Shown: positions 25,029 to 32,000 of the stretch, piece after piece | How positions within the stretch are numbered: position 1 is the stretch's first letter | Layout: each line of letters starts with the position of its first letter | Assembly: GCF_022440805.1 (NCBI RefSeq) | Contig: NZ_JAKNTK010000001.1 | Span: 3,988,344-4,020,343, forward strand | Reading direction: 5' to 3' | DNA from: Holdemania massiliensis | Lineage (GTDB): Bacteria > Bacillota_I > Bacilli_A > Erysipelotrichales > Erysipelotrichaceae | DNA: 32,000 nucleotides | Position numbers and translations under genes: made by a program | The notes under the pieces: model-generated | Seen by the model: only the letters and a program-made list of their open reading frames with translations | Databases searched by the model: none | What the model was told of the DNA's origin: nothing

Positions 25029-26819
25029 ATGAAGAAATTACTTGCCCTGACCCTGGGCGCCTGTTTGGCTCTGGGCTTAGGCGGCTGTGCGAATACGCCG
25101 GCTGAAAAAACACCGGAACCTCAACCTGAATCCGGCAACGAACAGTTTGATATCGTCATCGTCGGCGCAGGCGGAGCCGGCCTGGCGGCCGCGGTCGAGG
25201 CGCACGAACAAGGTGCAGACAACATTCTGGTCTTAGAGAAGATGTCCTTTGCGGGCGGAAGCACCACGATGGCTTTCGGCGGCTTTAACTGTACGAACTC
25301 CCGGTTTATGGACGAACAGGGAAAAGAAGAAACACCGGTCATGTTGGTGGATAAAATCATCAAGAACGGCGCCGGCTTTGCGGATGTGGATATGGCAGGC
25401 GTCATCGCCATTGAAACGCCGAAAGTCATCGAATGGCTGGACGGCTTCGGATCGGAATGGGGAAAGATCCGCTACGCTGATCTGCATTGCCCAACTGACG
25501 GCACCATTCCCGGTGTGGAATTAGTCCGTGTTTTAAAAGAACAAGCCGAGAAAAACGGCATTGAAATCCGCTACAACAGTCCGGCTGTCGATCTGACAAC
25601 AGATGAACACGGACGGGTTAACGGCGTGCAGGTCAAAGACGCCCATGGTGAATATACGATTGATGCCCAAGCTGTCATTCTGGCGACCGGCGGTTATGAA
25701 AGCAATCCGGAAATGATCGCCAACTATGACAATCCTGGACTGGCCAACATTCATTTAGCTCCAAGTCAGGGCAATATGGGCGATGGTATCGTTATGGCGG
25801 AAAAACTGGGAGCGGAACTGGTCAACATGGATCTGATTCAGCTGTCCTGTGCAGTTGCGCCGTTCTCCATCCAGATGCAGCTGCCGATCAAAAACAACGG
25901 CGTCGTCTTCGTCAACAAGGAAGGCAAGCGCTTCACCAATGAATACAGCGAAGCCAGTTCAGATCGCCGGATTACTGAAGATATCCTGAAACAAACGGAT
26001 GCGGAATGCTTCGGTGTTTATAATGAAACGATATACCAGACATTCATGGCGATTGAAGAGAAGGATTTCTTCGATGAATACCGGATGACTGGCATCGATA
26101 ACAGCGGCACGGTGATCCAAGCGGATACGCTGGAAGAACTGGCTGAAAAGATGGGTGTGGATCAGGAAGCATTCCTGGCCACGATGAGCAGCTTAAAGAC
26201 AGACGGCATCGGCAATGAAGAAGTTGTCAAGCTGGCTGATACCTACAAATCGGGCCCTTACTATGCCGTGAACTTAACGCCGGGCGTTATGGACACGCTG
26301 GGCGGTGTCAGAGCCGACACAACCGGACGTGTTCTCAACCAGGAAGGCAAGCCGATTAAGGGTCTGTATGCTGCCGGGGAAGTCATCGGTAATGTTCAGG
26401 GTGCTTATTATTCTGTTGGTCTGGGTGAAGCCGTCGTCTTCGGCCGGCTCTCTGCCCGCAATGCGATCGAATACATTCAGGACCGCCAAGGCTTAACCGA
26501 ACACGTTCCATTTGACCGCACTCCGGTCCAGTCAGAAGGTTCAGAAACCGTCAAAGGCAGCTTCACAGACGGTACTTATACCGGCGAAGGTCAGGGCAAT
26601 AACGGACCGATTAAGGTTGAAGTCATCGTTAAAGACGGAAGCATCACTGAAATCAACGTTTTAGAACAGGCTGAAACAGCGAATATCTATGCCGGGGCTG
26701 CAGAACAGTTCATTCCAGAGCTGATCAGAACGCAGAATCTGGATCTTGATGCCGTTTCCGGCGCTACCAATTCCAGCAATGGCATCCGGGAAGCCGTCAA
26801 GAACGCGCTGGGACAATAA
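25029..26819 (+). CDS. Extracytoplasmic lipoprotein flavoprotein 3: N-terminal FAD_binding_2 domain + C-terminal FMN_bind domain (permuted order)
   Basis: Lipobox LGLGGC. FDIVIVGAGGAGLAAAVEAHEQGADNILVLEK. C-terminal FMN_bind domain (about 26550-26816) with DAVSGATNS (26748-26774). VMDTLGG and GNVQGAYYSVGLG sit where the paralogs have HHTMGG and G-x-NR-x-GGN. Confidence 0.85.
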   Translation: MKKLLALTLGACLALGLGGCANTPAEKTPEPQPESGNEQFDIVIVGAGGAGLAAAVEAHEQGADNILVLEKMSFAGGSTTMAFGGFNCTNSRFMDEQGKEETPVMLVDKIIKNGAGFADVDMAGVIAIETPKVIEWLDGFGSEWGKIRYADLHCPTDGTIPGVELVRVLKEQAEKNGIEIRYNSPAVDLTTDEHGRVNGVQVKDAHGEYTIDAQAVILATGGYESNPEMIANYDNPGLANIHLAPSQGNMGDGIVMAEKLGAELVNMDLIQLSCAVAPFSIQMQLPIKNNGVVFVNKEGKRFTNEYSEASSDRRITEDILKQTDAECFGVYNETIYQTFMAIEEKDFFDEYRMTGIDNSGTVIQADTLEELAEKMGVDQEAFLATMSSLKTDGIGNEEVVKLADTYKSGPYYAVNLTPGVMDTLGGVRADTTGRVLNQEGKPIKGLYAAGEVIGNVQGAYYSVGLGEAVVFGRLSARNAIEYIQDRQGLTEHVPFDRTPVQSEGSETVKGSFTDGTYTGEGQGNNGPIKVEVIVKDGSITEINVLEQAETANIYAGAAEQFIPELIRTQNLDLDAVSGATNSSNGIREAVKNALGQ

Positions 26820-26858
26820 CCAGCGGAACACTCAATTCAAAATAAGATATATCCAAGC

Positions 26859-26897
26859 AGAAAGGAAGCGCCGGAATTAGGGTTTCCTTTCTTTTGC
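26859..26897 (+). terminator. Rho-independent terminator ending the reductase operon
   Basis: AGAAAGGAA (26860-26868) pairs with TTCCTTTCT (26884-26892), followed by TTTGC. Confidence 0.6.
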
Positions 26898-27167
26898 TTC
26901 CCGTCTGAGCAGAATAAGAAAATAAGCGGCATCGACAACTCAAAAGATTGTTTTGAGCTTTTACGCTTCTCCTTGATTGATTCCGCGGTGAAACGATGCT
27001 CCGCCTTTTCAGACGCTTTGGCTTCCTGACTTTGATTGGACCATCAGGAATTGTTTGAAAGAGGTATACTCTAAAATCCTTTATTGATATAATTAGAAGT
27101 AATCGTGGTATGGGGATGGTTTTTCCTTCGCTTTTTAAGCCGCGGCATTTCTTTTACAGAACGGAAG

Positions 27168-27785
27168 ATGATGATGACCTATTCAAACAGTAAAACCAAG
27201 CAGCGAATTTTAGACGTTGCCGTTACCTATTTCACCTTGTATGGTTATGAAGGTACCAATCTTGAAGACATTGGCAAAGCCCTGGGCTTATCCCGGGGTC
27301 CGCTTTATTATTATTTTAAGAATAAAAATGATCTTTATCTGGCCGCTATCCGATATCAGATGGAAATTTCCTCACAGGATCTGCAGCGGATTTATGCGGA
27401 AGACCTGGATGTTTTCAGCAAAATCTGCCGGGATCTGACCTACTGTACCTCCTATCGGAAGATTAACCGGGATACCGATCATAACACCGGCGAAGGGCCG
27501 ACGCTGGAAGAAATTGCGAAATACAGCAGGCACTTGTTCTCCCTGCGCAAAACGGCTTTAACAACAGCTCAGGCACAGAATATCATCCGTCCGGATGCCA
27601 ACCTCAATGAAATGACAAGCTTTATCTATCTGTATTACTATGGGATTCAGGGCTTCAATCATGAAAACGAGCTGTATCACATGCTGGACTTTAACCCCAA
27701 CGAGCAGGCCATGGAAATCTTCCGGGAGACGTTCATTGCCAAATACGCGGTGAACCCTGAGAAATGGCTCAAAAAGGAAACTTGA
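27168..27785 (+). CDS. TetR/AcrR-family transcriptional regulator
   Basis: KQRILDVAVTYFTLYGYEGTNLEDIGKALGLSRGPLYYYFKNKNDLY is a TetR_N HTH. Start at the ATGATGATG (27168) is preferred over the track's GTG at 27105. Confidence 0.85.
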   Translation: MMMTYSNSKTKQRILDVAVTYFTLYGYEGTNLEDIGKALGLSRGPLYYYFKNKNDLYLAAIRYQMEISSQDLQRIYAEDLDVFSKICRDLTYCTSYRKINRDTDHNTGEGPTLEEIAKYSRHLFSLRKTALTTAQAQNIIRPDANLNEMTSFIYLYYYGIQGFNHENELYHMLDFNPNEQAMEIFRETFIAKYAVNPEKWLKKET

Positions 27786-27795
27786 CGATCAAAAT

Positions 27796-27824
27796 AAAAC
27801 CTCCGTCGCTGTGGCGGAGGTTTT
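27796..27824. terminator. Terminator hairpin AAAACCTCCG...CGGAGGTTTT between convergent TetR and flavodiiron genes
   Basis: CCTCCG (27800-27805) pairs with CGGAGG (27815-27820), flanked by A and T runs. Confidence 0.65.
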
Positions 27825-27940
27825 ATACGTACTGATCCTCGGTAAAGGAATAATTGTTTTCAGGCAGCCGCTCGCAGCATAAAAAGCTCCCGAAAATACC
27901 GCTCAGCCGCGGTTATAATCCAGACCGCTGAGCGCTGAGC

Positions 27941-29134
27941 TTATTGATTCAGAATAATCTCCACCCATTGCCGGCCGGCAGCTTCTGCTTCTTCCAGCTG
28001 CTTTGGTGATGGCTTAAACCGGACTTTGAATGCCGGCATAACCTGGATTCGCAGCTGTTTCAGGCGTTCTTCCAGGTGCGCAAAGGCTTCGCCGCTCCAG
28101 CCATAGCTGCCAAAAACCGCGGCATACTTGCCGCCGTGAATCACCGGATTCATCAATGACAGAACAGCCCATACCGGCGGCAGGGCTTCCGCCAGAATCG
28201 TCGGCGATCCCAGCAAAAATCCTCGCGCGTTTTCAATCTTTTCCACAACTTCGGCAACGGATGTCTGTGTCAGTTCAACCAGCTCAGCCTGCCAGCCGGC
28301 ACTTTCGATTCCGCGGGCTGCCGCCTGCGCCAGCTGTTCGGTATATCCATAGGCGCTGACATAAGCCAAAATCAGTTTGTTTTCCAGCTGCGGTTCTGCA
28401 TTCCATTTTCGATACTGCGCAAACATTTCCGGCAGCCTGCAGTCCAAGATCGGCCCATGACCCGGACAAATCATGTTCAGTTTCAGAGGTTCAACTTTAT
28501 CCAGCGCCTTCTGCATAAACGGCCGGAACGGCTTTAAAATATGATCATAATAATACTTTAATGCCCGCTCATAGCCATTGTGATCCTGAACTTCGCTCAG
28601 CCGCAGCCCCTCAAACGCATAATGCGCTCCGAAGGAATCACAGGTAAAGAGAATTCCATCTTCCTGAACCCAGGTATACATGGTATCCGGCCAATGCAGA
28701 TTCGGGACGATCATAAACTGCAATGTTTTTCCACCCAGGTCCAATGTCTGCCCCTCTTTCACCGCCAGCGCTTTAAAGTCACGGTTGACGATCTCTTTCA
28801 AAAACTGCAGCGCCGCCGGACTGCCGATCACGGTCAGATTCGGATTGATCGCCAAACATTTTTCGATCGAACCGGCATGATCCGGTTCTGTATGATTCAC
28901 GATTAAATAATCGACGTCACAAAGCGAAACTACCTTCTCAATCTTCTGTTGAAATTCTTCAAAGAAAGGAAGTTTTACCGTTTCGATCAAGGCGTTTTTT
29001 TCCGTTCCCTTCAAAAGATAAGAATTATAAGTCGTTCCAAATTCAGTTTCCATAATGATATCAAAAACCTTCAGCTGGGCATCCTGAACCCCTGTCCAGA
29101 TTAAATCCTGCGTTAACTGTTCGTTGACTGTCAT
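27941..29134 (-). CDS. Flavodiiron protein (FprA-type A-type flavoprotein; O2/NO reductase)
   Basis: Metallo-beta-lactamase-like domain with HTEPDH, LHWPD, CDSFGAHY and PGHGP diiron ligand motifs. C-terminal flavodoxin domain (YVSAYGYTE, GSPT, FGSYGWSGEA). Start MTVNEQ at 29134 with AGGAG 8 nt upstream. Confidence 0.9.
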   Translation of the reverse strand: MTVNEQLTQDLIWTGVQDAQLKVFDIIMETEFGTTYNSYLLKGTEKNALIETVKLPFFEEFQQKIEKVVSLCDVDYLIVNHTEPDHAGSIEKCLAINPNLTVIGSPAALQFLKEIVNRDFKALAVKEGQTLDLGGKTLQFMIVPNLHWPDTMYTWVQEDGILFTCDSFGAHYAFEGLRLSEVQDHNGYERALKYYYDHILKPFRPFMQKALDKVEPLKLNMICPGHGPILDCRLPEMFAQYRKWNAEPQLENKLILAYVSAYGYTEQLAQAAARGIESAGWQAELVELTQTSVAEVVEKIENARGFLLGSPTILAEALPPVWAVLSLMNPVIHGGKYAAVFGSYGWSGEAFAHLEERLKQLRIQVMPAFKVRFKPSPKQLEEAEAAGRQWVEIILNQ

Positions 29135-29554
29135 CTTCATCACTCCTTTATTCATTTTTCCCATTCCCTTAGAAATTAACAGGAAACTTTTTTCAGCAGA
29201 TTCATCATAATCAAAACGATCCTTGATTTCTATTGTAATGCTCATATCAAGCATGAAAGGAGCAGAGTAAGCCGGACTGATCCTGTTTTTCAGAAGAAAC
29301 GATTCCGTTTCAGGATCATTTACGCTGCTTTCTCACTTTTCTTACGGGTCCTGATTTATCCTGATTTAATTATGATTACGAACAATTATAGACCTTTTTC
29401 GCGCAATCTGCCATGAAATCCGGATTGATTCCGATAACGAATCGTGCTATATTGTAGATAGATTTTGAGGCTATAACTATAATTTCACATGGGGAAGGAT
29501 AGTTAATGTCCATCCGCATGGGTTTTTTATTATAGTGGCATAGGAGGACAGTTC

Positions 29555-29755
29555 ATGGTCACAGGAAAAGTAAAATGGTTTAATGCAGAAAAAGGCTACG
29601 GATTCATTACCACCGATGAAGGGAAAGATGTTTTCGTTCATTATTCCGCGATTCAGATCGACGGTTTTAAAACGCTGGATGACGGCGATGCCGTCAGCTT
29701 TGAAGTCGTACAGAGCGACCGCGGCGAACAGGCTGCGAATGTCTGCAAGCTTTAA
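29555..29755 (+). CDS. Cold-shock protein (CspA family, CSD)
   Basis: 66 aa. [12 protein letters not shown] (RNP1) and VFVHYS (RNP2). AGGAGGA RBS. Confidence 0.95.
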   Translation: MVTGKVKWFNAEKGYGFITTDEGKDVFVHYSAIQIDGFKTLDDGDAVSFEVVQSDRGEQAANVCKL

Positions 29756-29773
29756 TTTCACTGACAAAGCGAC

Positions 29774-29798
29774 AAAAGCACTCCTGTGAGTGCTTTTT
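29774..29798 (+). terminator. Rho-independent terminator after csp
   Basis: GCACTC-ctgt-GAGTGC followed by TTTTT. Confidence 0.7.
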
Positions 29799-29857
29799 CT
29801 TTACTCGGGCAGAGTGTTTTTAAGGCTCTGCCTGATCCTTCTTTCTAATCCAATTTC

Positions 29858-30439
29858 CTAAGCTGCCGCATAAATGAAACAGGCGACATTCACTTCCGCC
29901 TTTTGCTTCATCCAATAGCACTCTACCGGAAACGGAAGTTCCTGGGTATCCAATTCCAACGTATCATTCTGACGGTCCTGAACAAACAGCCACAGCGCAT
30001 CCGGGTAATCCTTCGGTTTTGTCCCCTTCAGCAGATGTTCCAGCTCAGCACTGAGCTTTCTTTCCTTCTTCACTTTAACAAATTCCAGTCCCTGATTCTG
30101 ATCCAGCCGCTGCTTGTGCAGAACCAGCTGACTGATCATCTTCACGAGCCATTCCCCATTCCAGGGCTCCATCAGTCCCTTTTGAATTTTCCAGCAGGGA
30201 TAGCCGGAAATCGTCTGCGGGGAAAGGATCAGGACAGGCTCTTTAAACGATGCGGCAAGCTGCGGACTGATCGCCGCAGAGGAGCAGAGAATCGTCTGAT
30301 CCCAGGTTTCTTTGGAAAGGGCAGTGTCTATAATTTGGATGTATTCAATGATAAGCTCACCCGTCTGATGACGGATGCGGTGAACCTGATCCTCGGCCTG
30401 CGGATCAAACGGGTCACATTGCAGGATTCTGATTTTCAT
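29858..30439 (-). CDS. Hypothetical protein, 193 aa, no recognisable motif
   Basis: Protein-like composition; the opposite-strand 190-aa ORF (29903-30475) is L/R/F-rich. GGAGG upstream. Candidate promoter TTGAAA-17-TATTTT upstream. Confidence 0.55.
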   Translation of the reverse strand: MKIRILQCDPFDPQAEDQVHRIRHQTGELIIEYIQIIDTALSKETWDQTILCSSAAISPQLAASFKEPVLILSPQTISGYPCWKIQKGLMEPWNGEWLVKMISQLVLHKQRLDQNQGLEFVKVKKERKLSAELEHLLKGTKPKDYPDALWLFVQDRQNDTLELDTQELPFPVECYWMKQKAEVNVACFIYAAA

Positions 30440-30518
30440 TGTGGTCTATCCTCCGATTCTGTTTTCAGTGTATGAATCAGTCTCGAAAAATATGTGTTCC
30501 TTTCCTGCCTTTCAAAGT

Positions 30519-30547
30519 GAAAAAAAGGGTCCGCAGTGGGATCCTTT
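30519..30547 (-). terminator. Rho-independent terminator after rubrerythrin
   Basis: Minus strand: AAAGGATCC-cactgc-GGACCCTTT followed by TTTTTC (9-bp stem including one G-T pair). Confidence 0.65.
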
Positions 30548-30559
30548 CAATCAGAGAAA

Positions 30560-31099
30560 TTAATAGTTTGCTTTTTCAACTTCAAAGAAGGATTTAGCAT
30601 AGCCGCACAGCGGGCACAGACCCGGAGCGTTCTTGCCGACCATGGTATAGCCGCAGATCTGGCATTTCCACATGACGTCTTCTTCTTTCTTGAAGACTTT
30701 GTCTTCCTTGACATTGCTTAACAGAGCCAGGTAACGTTCTTCATGGCGCTTTTCGATCTTCGCAACCATATCCATCTGTGCTGCGATCTTATTGAAGCCT
30801 TCTTCGCGGGCAACTTTGGCGAATTCTGCATACATATCCGTCCATTCATAGTTTTCACCATTGGCCGCATCCTGCAGATTGACGTCAGTTGTCGGGATCT
30901 GATCACCATGCAGAGCCTTGAACCACAGCATCGCATGTTCCTGTTCGTTGCGGGCGGTTTCCTCAAAGATGTTGGCGATCTGTTCCATGCCTTCAGCACG
31001 AGCCTTCATCGCATAGTAAGTGTACTTGTTGCGAGCCTGAGATTCTCCGGCAAAAGCGCTCATTAAGTTCTGTTCAGTTCTTGATCCTTTTAATTCCAT
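30560..31099 (-). CDS. rbr: Rubrerythrin
   Basis: N-terminal diiron four-helix domain ([19 protein letters not shown] ... EEHAMLW-type E-x-x-H motifs). C-terminal rubredoxin-like CQICGY...CPLCGY. Confidence 0.95.
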   Translation of the reverse strand: MELKGSRTEQNLMSAFAGESQARNKYTYYAMKARAEGMEQIANIFEETARNEQEHAMLWFKALHGDQIPTTDVNLQDAANGENYEWTDMYAEFAKVAREEGFNKIAAQMDMVAKIEKRHEERYLALLSNVKEDKVFKKEEDVMWKCQICGYTMVGKNAPGLCPLCGYAKSFFEVEKANY

Positions 31100-31515
31100 T
31101 GTTCTTTACCTCTTTCTTTCTCTTTTTCCTGTTTGTCTTTACACTCGTTGCAGCAGCCTTCCAACGAAATATTCAGATCTTCCACGCTGACGCCCATCTG
31201 GTCTTCAACCTGGCGGATCATCTGCTCCTCCACGGAGAATGAAACGTCGAAATACCGCTTACAGTATCGACAATAGAAGTGATGATGTTTTTTCGGATTT
31301 CCATCGTACATGAATCCGGTGCTGCGGTCCTGAAACTTCTGTATTTCGCCCATTTCCGTCAACAGATTCAAGTTGCGGTAGACGGTCGCGATCCCGATGG
31401 AGGGATCCGCCTGCTTCACTTTTTGATAAACCTGATCGGCGTTCAAGTGAATTCCTTCTCCGCGCATCACATCCAAGATCAGCTGGCGTTGCCTTGAATT
31501 CCTGCGAATCATCAT
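31090..31515 (-). CDS. Fur-family transcriptional regulator (PerR-like)
   Basis: 141 aa. DNA-binding helix [17 protein letters not shown] metal site. CRYC and CNEC Cys pairs. Overlaps the rbr start by 10 nt. Confidence 0.85.
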   Translation of the reverse strand: MMIRRNSRQRQLILDVMRGEGIHLNADQVYQKVKQADPSIGIATVYRNLNLLTEMGEIQKFQDRSTGFMYDGNPKKHHHFYCRYCKRYFDVSFSVEEQMIRQVEDQMGVSVEDLNISLEGCCNECKDKQEKEKERGKEQWN

Positions 31516-31531
31516 CTCACCTCCTAATAAC

Positions 31532-31572
31532 GATAACTGTTATCATTATAGCATAAGTTTTTAGATCGTCAA
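31532..31572 (-). promoter_or_regulatory. Promoter TTGACG-16-TATAAT with an abutting Fur/PerR-type box GATAAC-T-GTTATC
   Basis: -35 at 31572-31567 and -10 at 31550-31545. Perfect 6-1-6 palindrome at 31544-31532, directly downstream of the -10. GGAGG RBS follows. Confidence 0.6.
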
Positions 31573-31660
31573 GAGGTCTACCGACATTTTAATCCGAATT
31601 TTTTCATTATTGAGCTTCCGCTTTTCCTGTGGAGGATCGCAGCGGATCTTATGGCAGGCG

Positions 31661-31694
31661 CAAAAGAAAACGGGATAGGCTTCCCGCTTTCTTT
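31661..31694 (-). terminator. Rho-independent terminator after the partial upstream gene
   Basis: Minus strand: GAAAGCGGGA-agccta-TCCCGTTTTC followed by TTTTG. Confidence 0.55.
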
Positions 31695-31696
31695 CC

Positions 31697-32000
31697 TTAA
31701 TGAACGTAATAGACCTGACGGACAGATTTGCCGAAGTACGGGCTTTCCGGATCATACCATTCCGGACGTGTGCTGCCCTCTTTGTTATAGGACCACTGCA
31801 GTGAATTCACTACGTATTCAGTCGGATCAATTTCAATCCAGTCATTGACTTCCAACAGTTTGGCGATGATCGTCGGCTGCTTTTCGCCCATCGCAGCCCA
31901 GCCTTCAGCACCATAGAGCGTTTCCAGATATAACGCCGCTGCTTTCTGTGCTTCTTCCGAGGCTGGATCCATCAGCTTCGCCGTGCCTTTGATCTGAACG
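31697..32000 (-). CDS. C-terminal fragment of an unidentified protein (reading frame open to the window edge)
   Basis: The frame stays open upstream of the track's Met (31972) to position 32000 (VQIKGTAKLMDPASEE...). It ends ...SVRQVYYVH. I recognise no family motif. Confidence 0.5.
   Translation of the reverse strand, partial: VQIKGTAKLMDPASEEAQKAAALYLETLYGAEGWAAMGEKQPTIIAKLLEVNDWIEIDPTEYVVNSLQWSYNKEGSTRPEWYDPESPYFGKSVRQVYYVH

Noticed and set aside
26898-27100. Possible gene remnant or small RNA in the 270-bp gap after the reductase operon, including the hairpin CTCAAAA...TTTTGAG at about 26939-26958.
   Set aside because: There is no ORF with an RBS and no recognisable RNA motif. It is most simply a second weak terminator plus the TetR promoter region (TGaTATAAT near 27083-27091).
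29255-29554. Search for a full PerR/Fur box upstream of fprA and csp.
   Set aside because: I found only a single GATAAC half-site (29432-29437) and short AT-rich repeats (AATTAT twice, AATCAA/TTGATT). None forms a 6-1-6 or 7-1-7 dyad like the one at 31532-31544.
29903-30475. 190-aa plus-strand ORF antisense to the 193-aa hypothetical gene.
   Set aside because: Its composition (L/R/F-rich) and lack of an RBS argue against it. The minus-strand frame has a GGAGG RBS, a promoter-like sequence and flanking terminators. Neither frame has a known motif, so this call is not certain.
31561-31755. 64-aa ORF between the partial gene and perR.
   Set aside because: It overlaps the 3' end of the partial gene, its terminator and the perR promoter. 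It is highly basic and has no RBS.
1-32000. CRISPR arrays, IS elements or transposases, integrases, prophage or defence-system genes, tRNA/rRNA genes.
   Set aside because: I saw no direct-repeat/spacer periodicity, no DDE or tyrosine/serine recombinase-like ORFs and no tRNA-like cloverleaf candidates. This was a by-eye scan only; tRNAscan, Infernal and ISfinder-type searches would be needed to be sure.

Overview
32-kb chromosomal window from a Bacillota-type, probably anaerobic, bacterium. This is supported by AGGAGG-type RBSs, two T-box leaders, many lipoprotein signal peptides and rho-independent terminators. I saw no rRNA or tRNA genes, CRISPR array, transposase or integrase. Contents from left to right: (1) An AT-rich bgl module at 1-2700 (GH1 6-phospho-beta-glucosidase fragment, PTS EIIBC, divergent LysR), ending at a sharp compositional step. 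(2) An S10-like serine carboxypeptidase. (3) A MerR regulator plus lipoprotein FMN_bind/FAD reductase 1 on the minus strand, linked by a MerR-type promoter with a 19-nt spacer. (4) metG behind a Met (AUG) T-box. (5) A low-GC orphan prepilin-type protein, a small lipoprotein and a membrane-anchored Cys-Ntn hydrolase. (6) A second T-box controlling an orphan OppA-family lipoprotein. (7) A siderophore ABC importer in yclNOPQ gene order, with a duplicated GTTAG-N6-CTAAC operator upstream. (8) The most interesting locus: an AraC-type response regulator, a YesM-type kinase and a solute-binding protein with no transporter, chained by ATGA overlaps to flavin reductase 2. Flavin reductase 3 follows, with permuted domain order and a non-fumarate-type active site. 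(9) TetR, a flavodiiron protein, a cold-shock protein, an unknown 193-aa protein, a PerR-like Fur regulator plus rubrerythrin with a Fur-type box, and a C-terminal gene fragment. Overall, the window holds three paralogous extracytoplasmic, presumably flavinylated reductases, each next to a different regulator type. This suggests substrate-inducible anaerobic respiration cassettes with unknown electron acceptors. No ApbE flavin transferase or electron-supply genes lie in this window. All calls come from by-eye reading of the sequence and ORF track; no searches were run.
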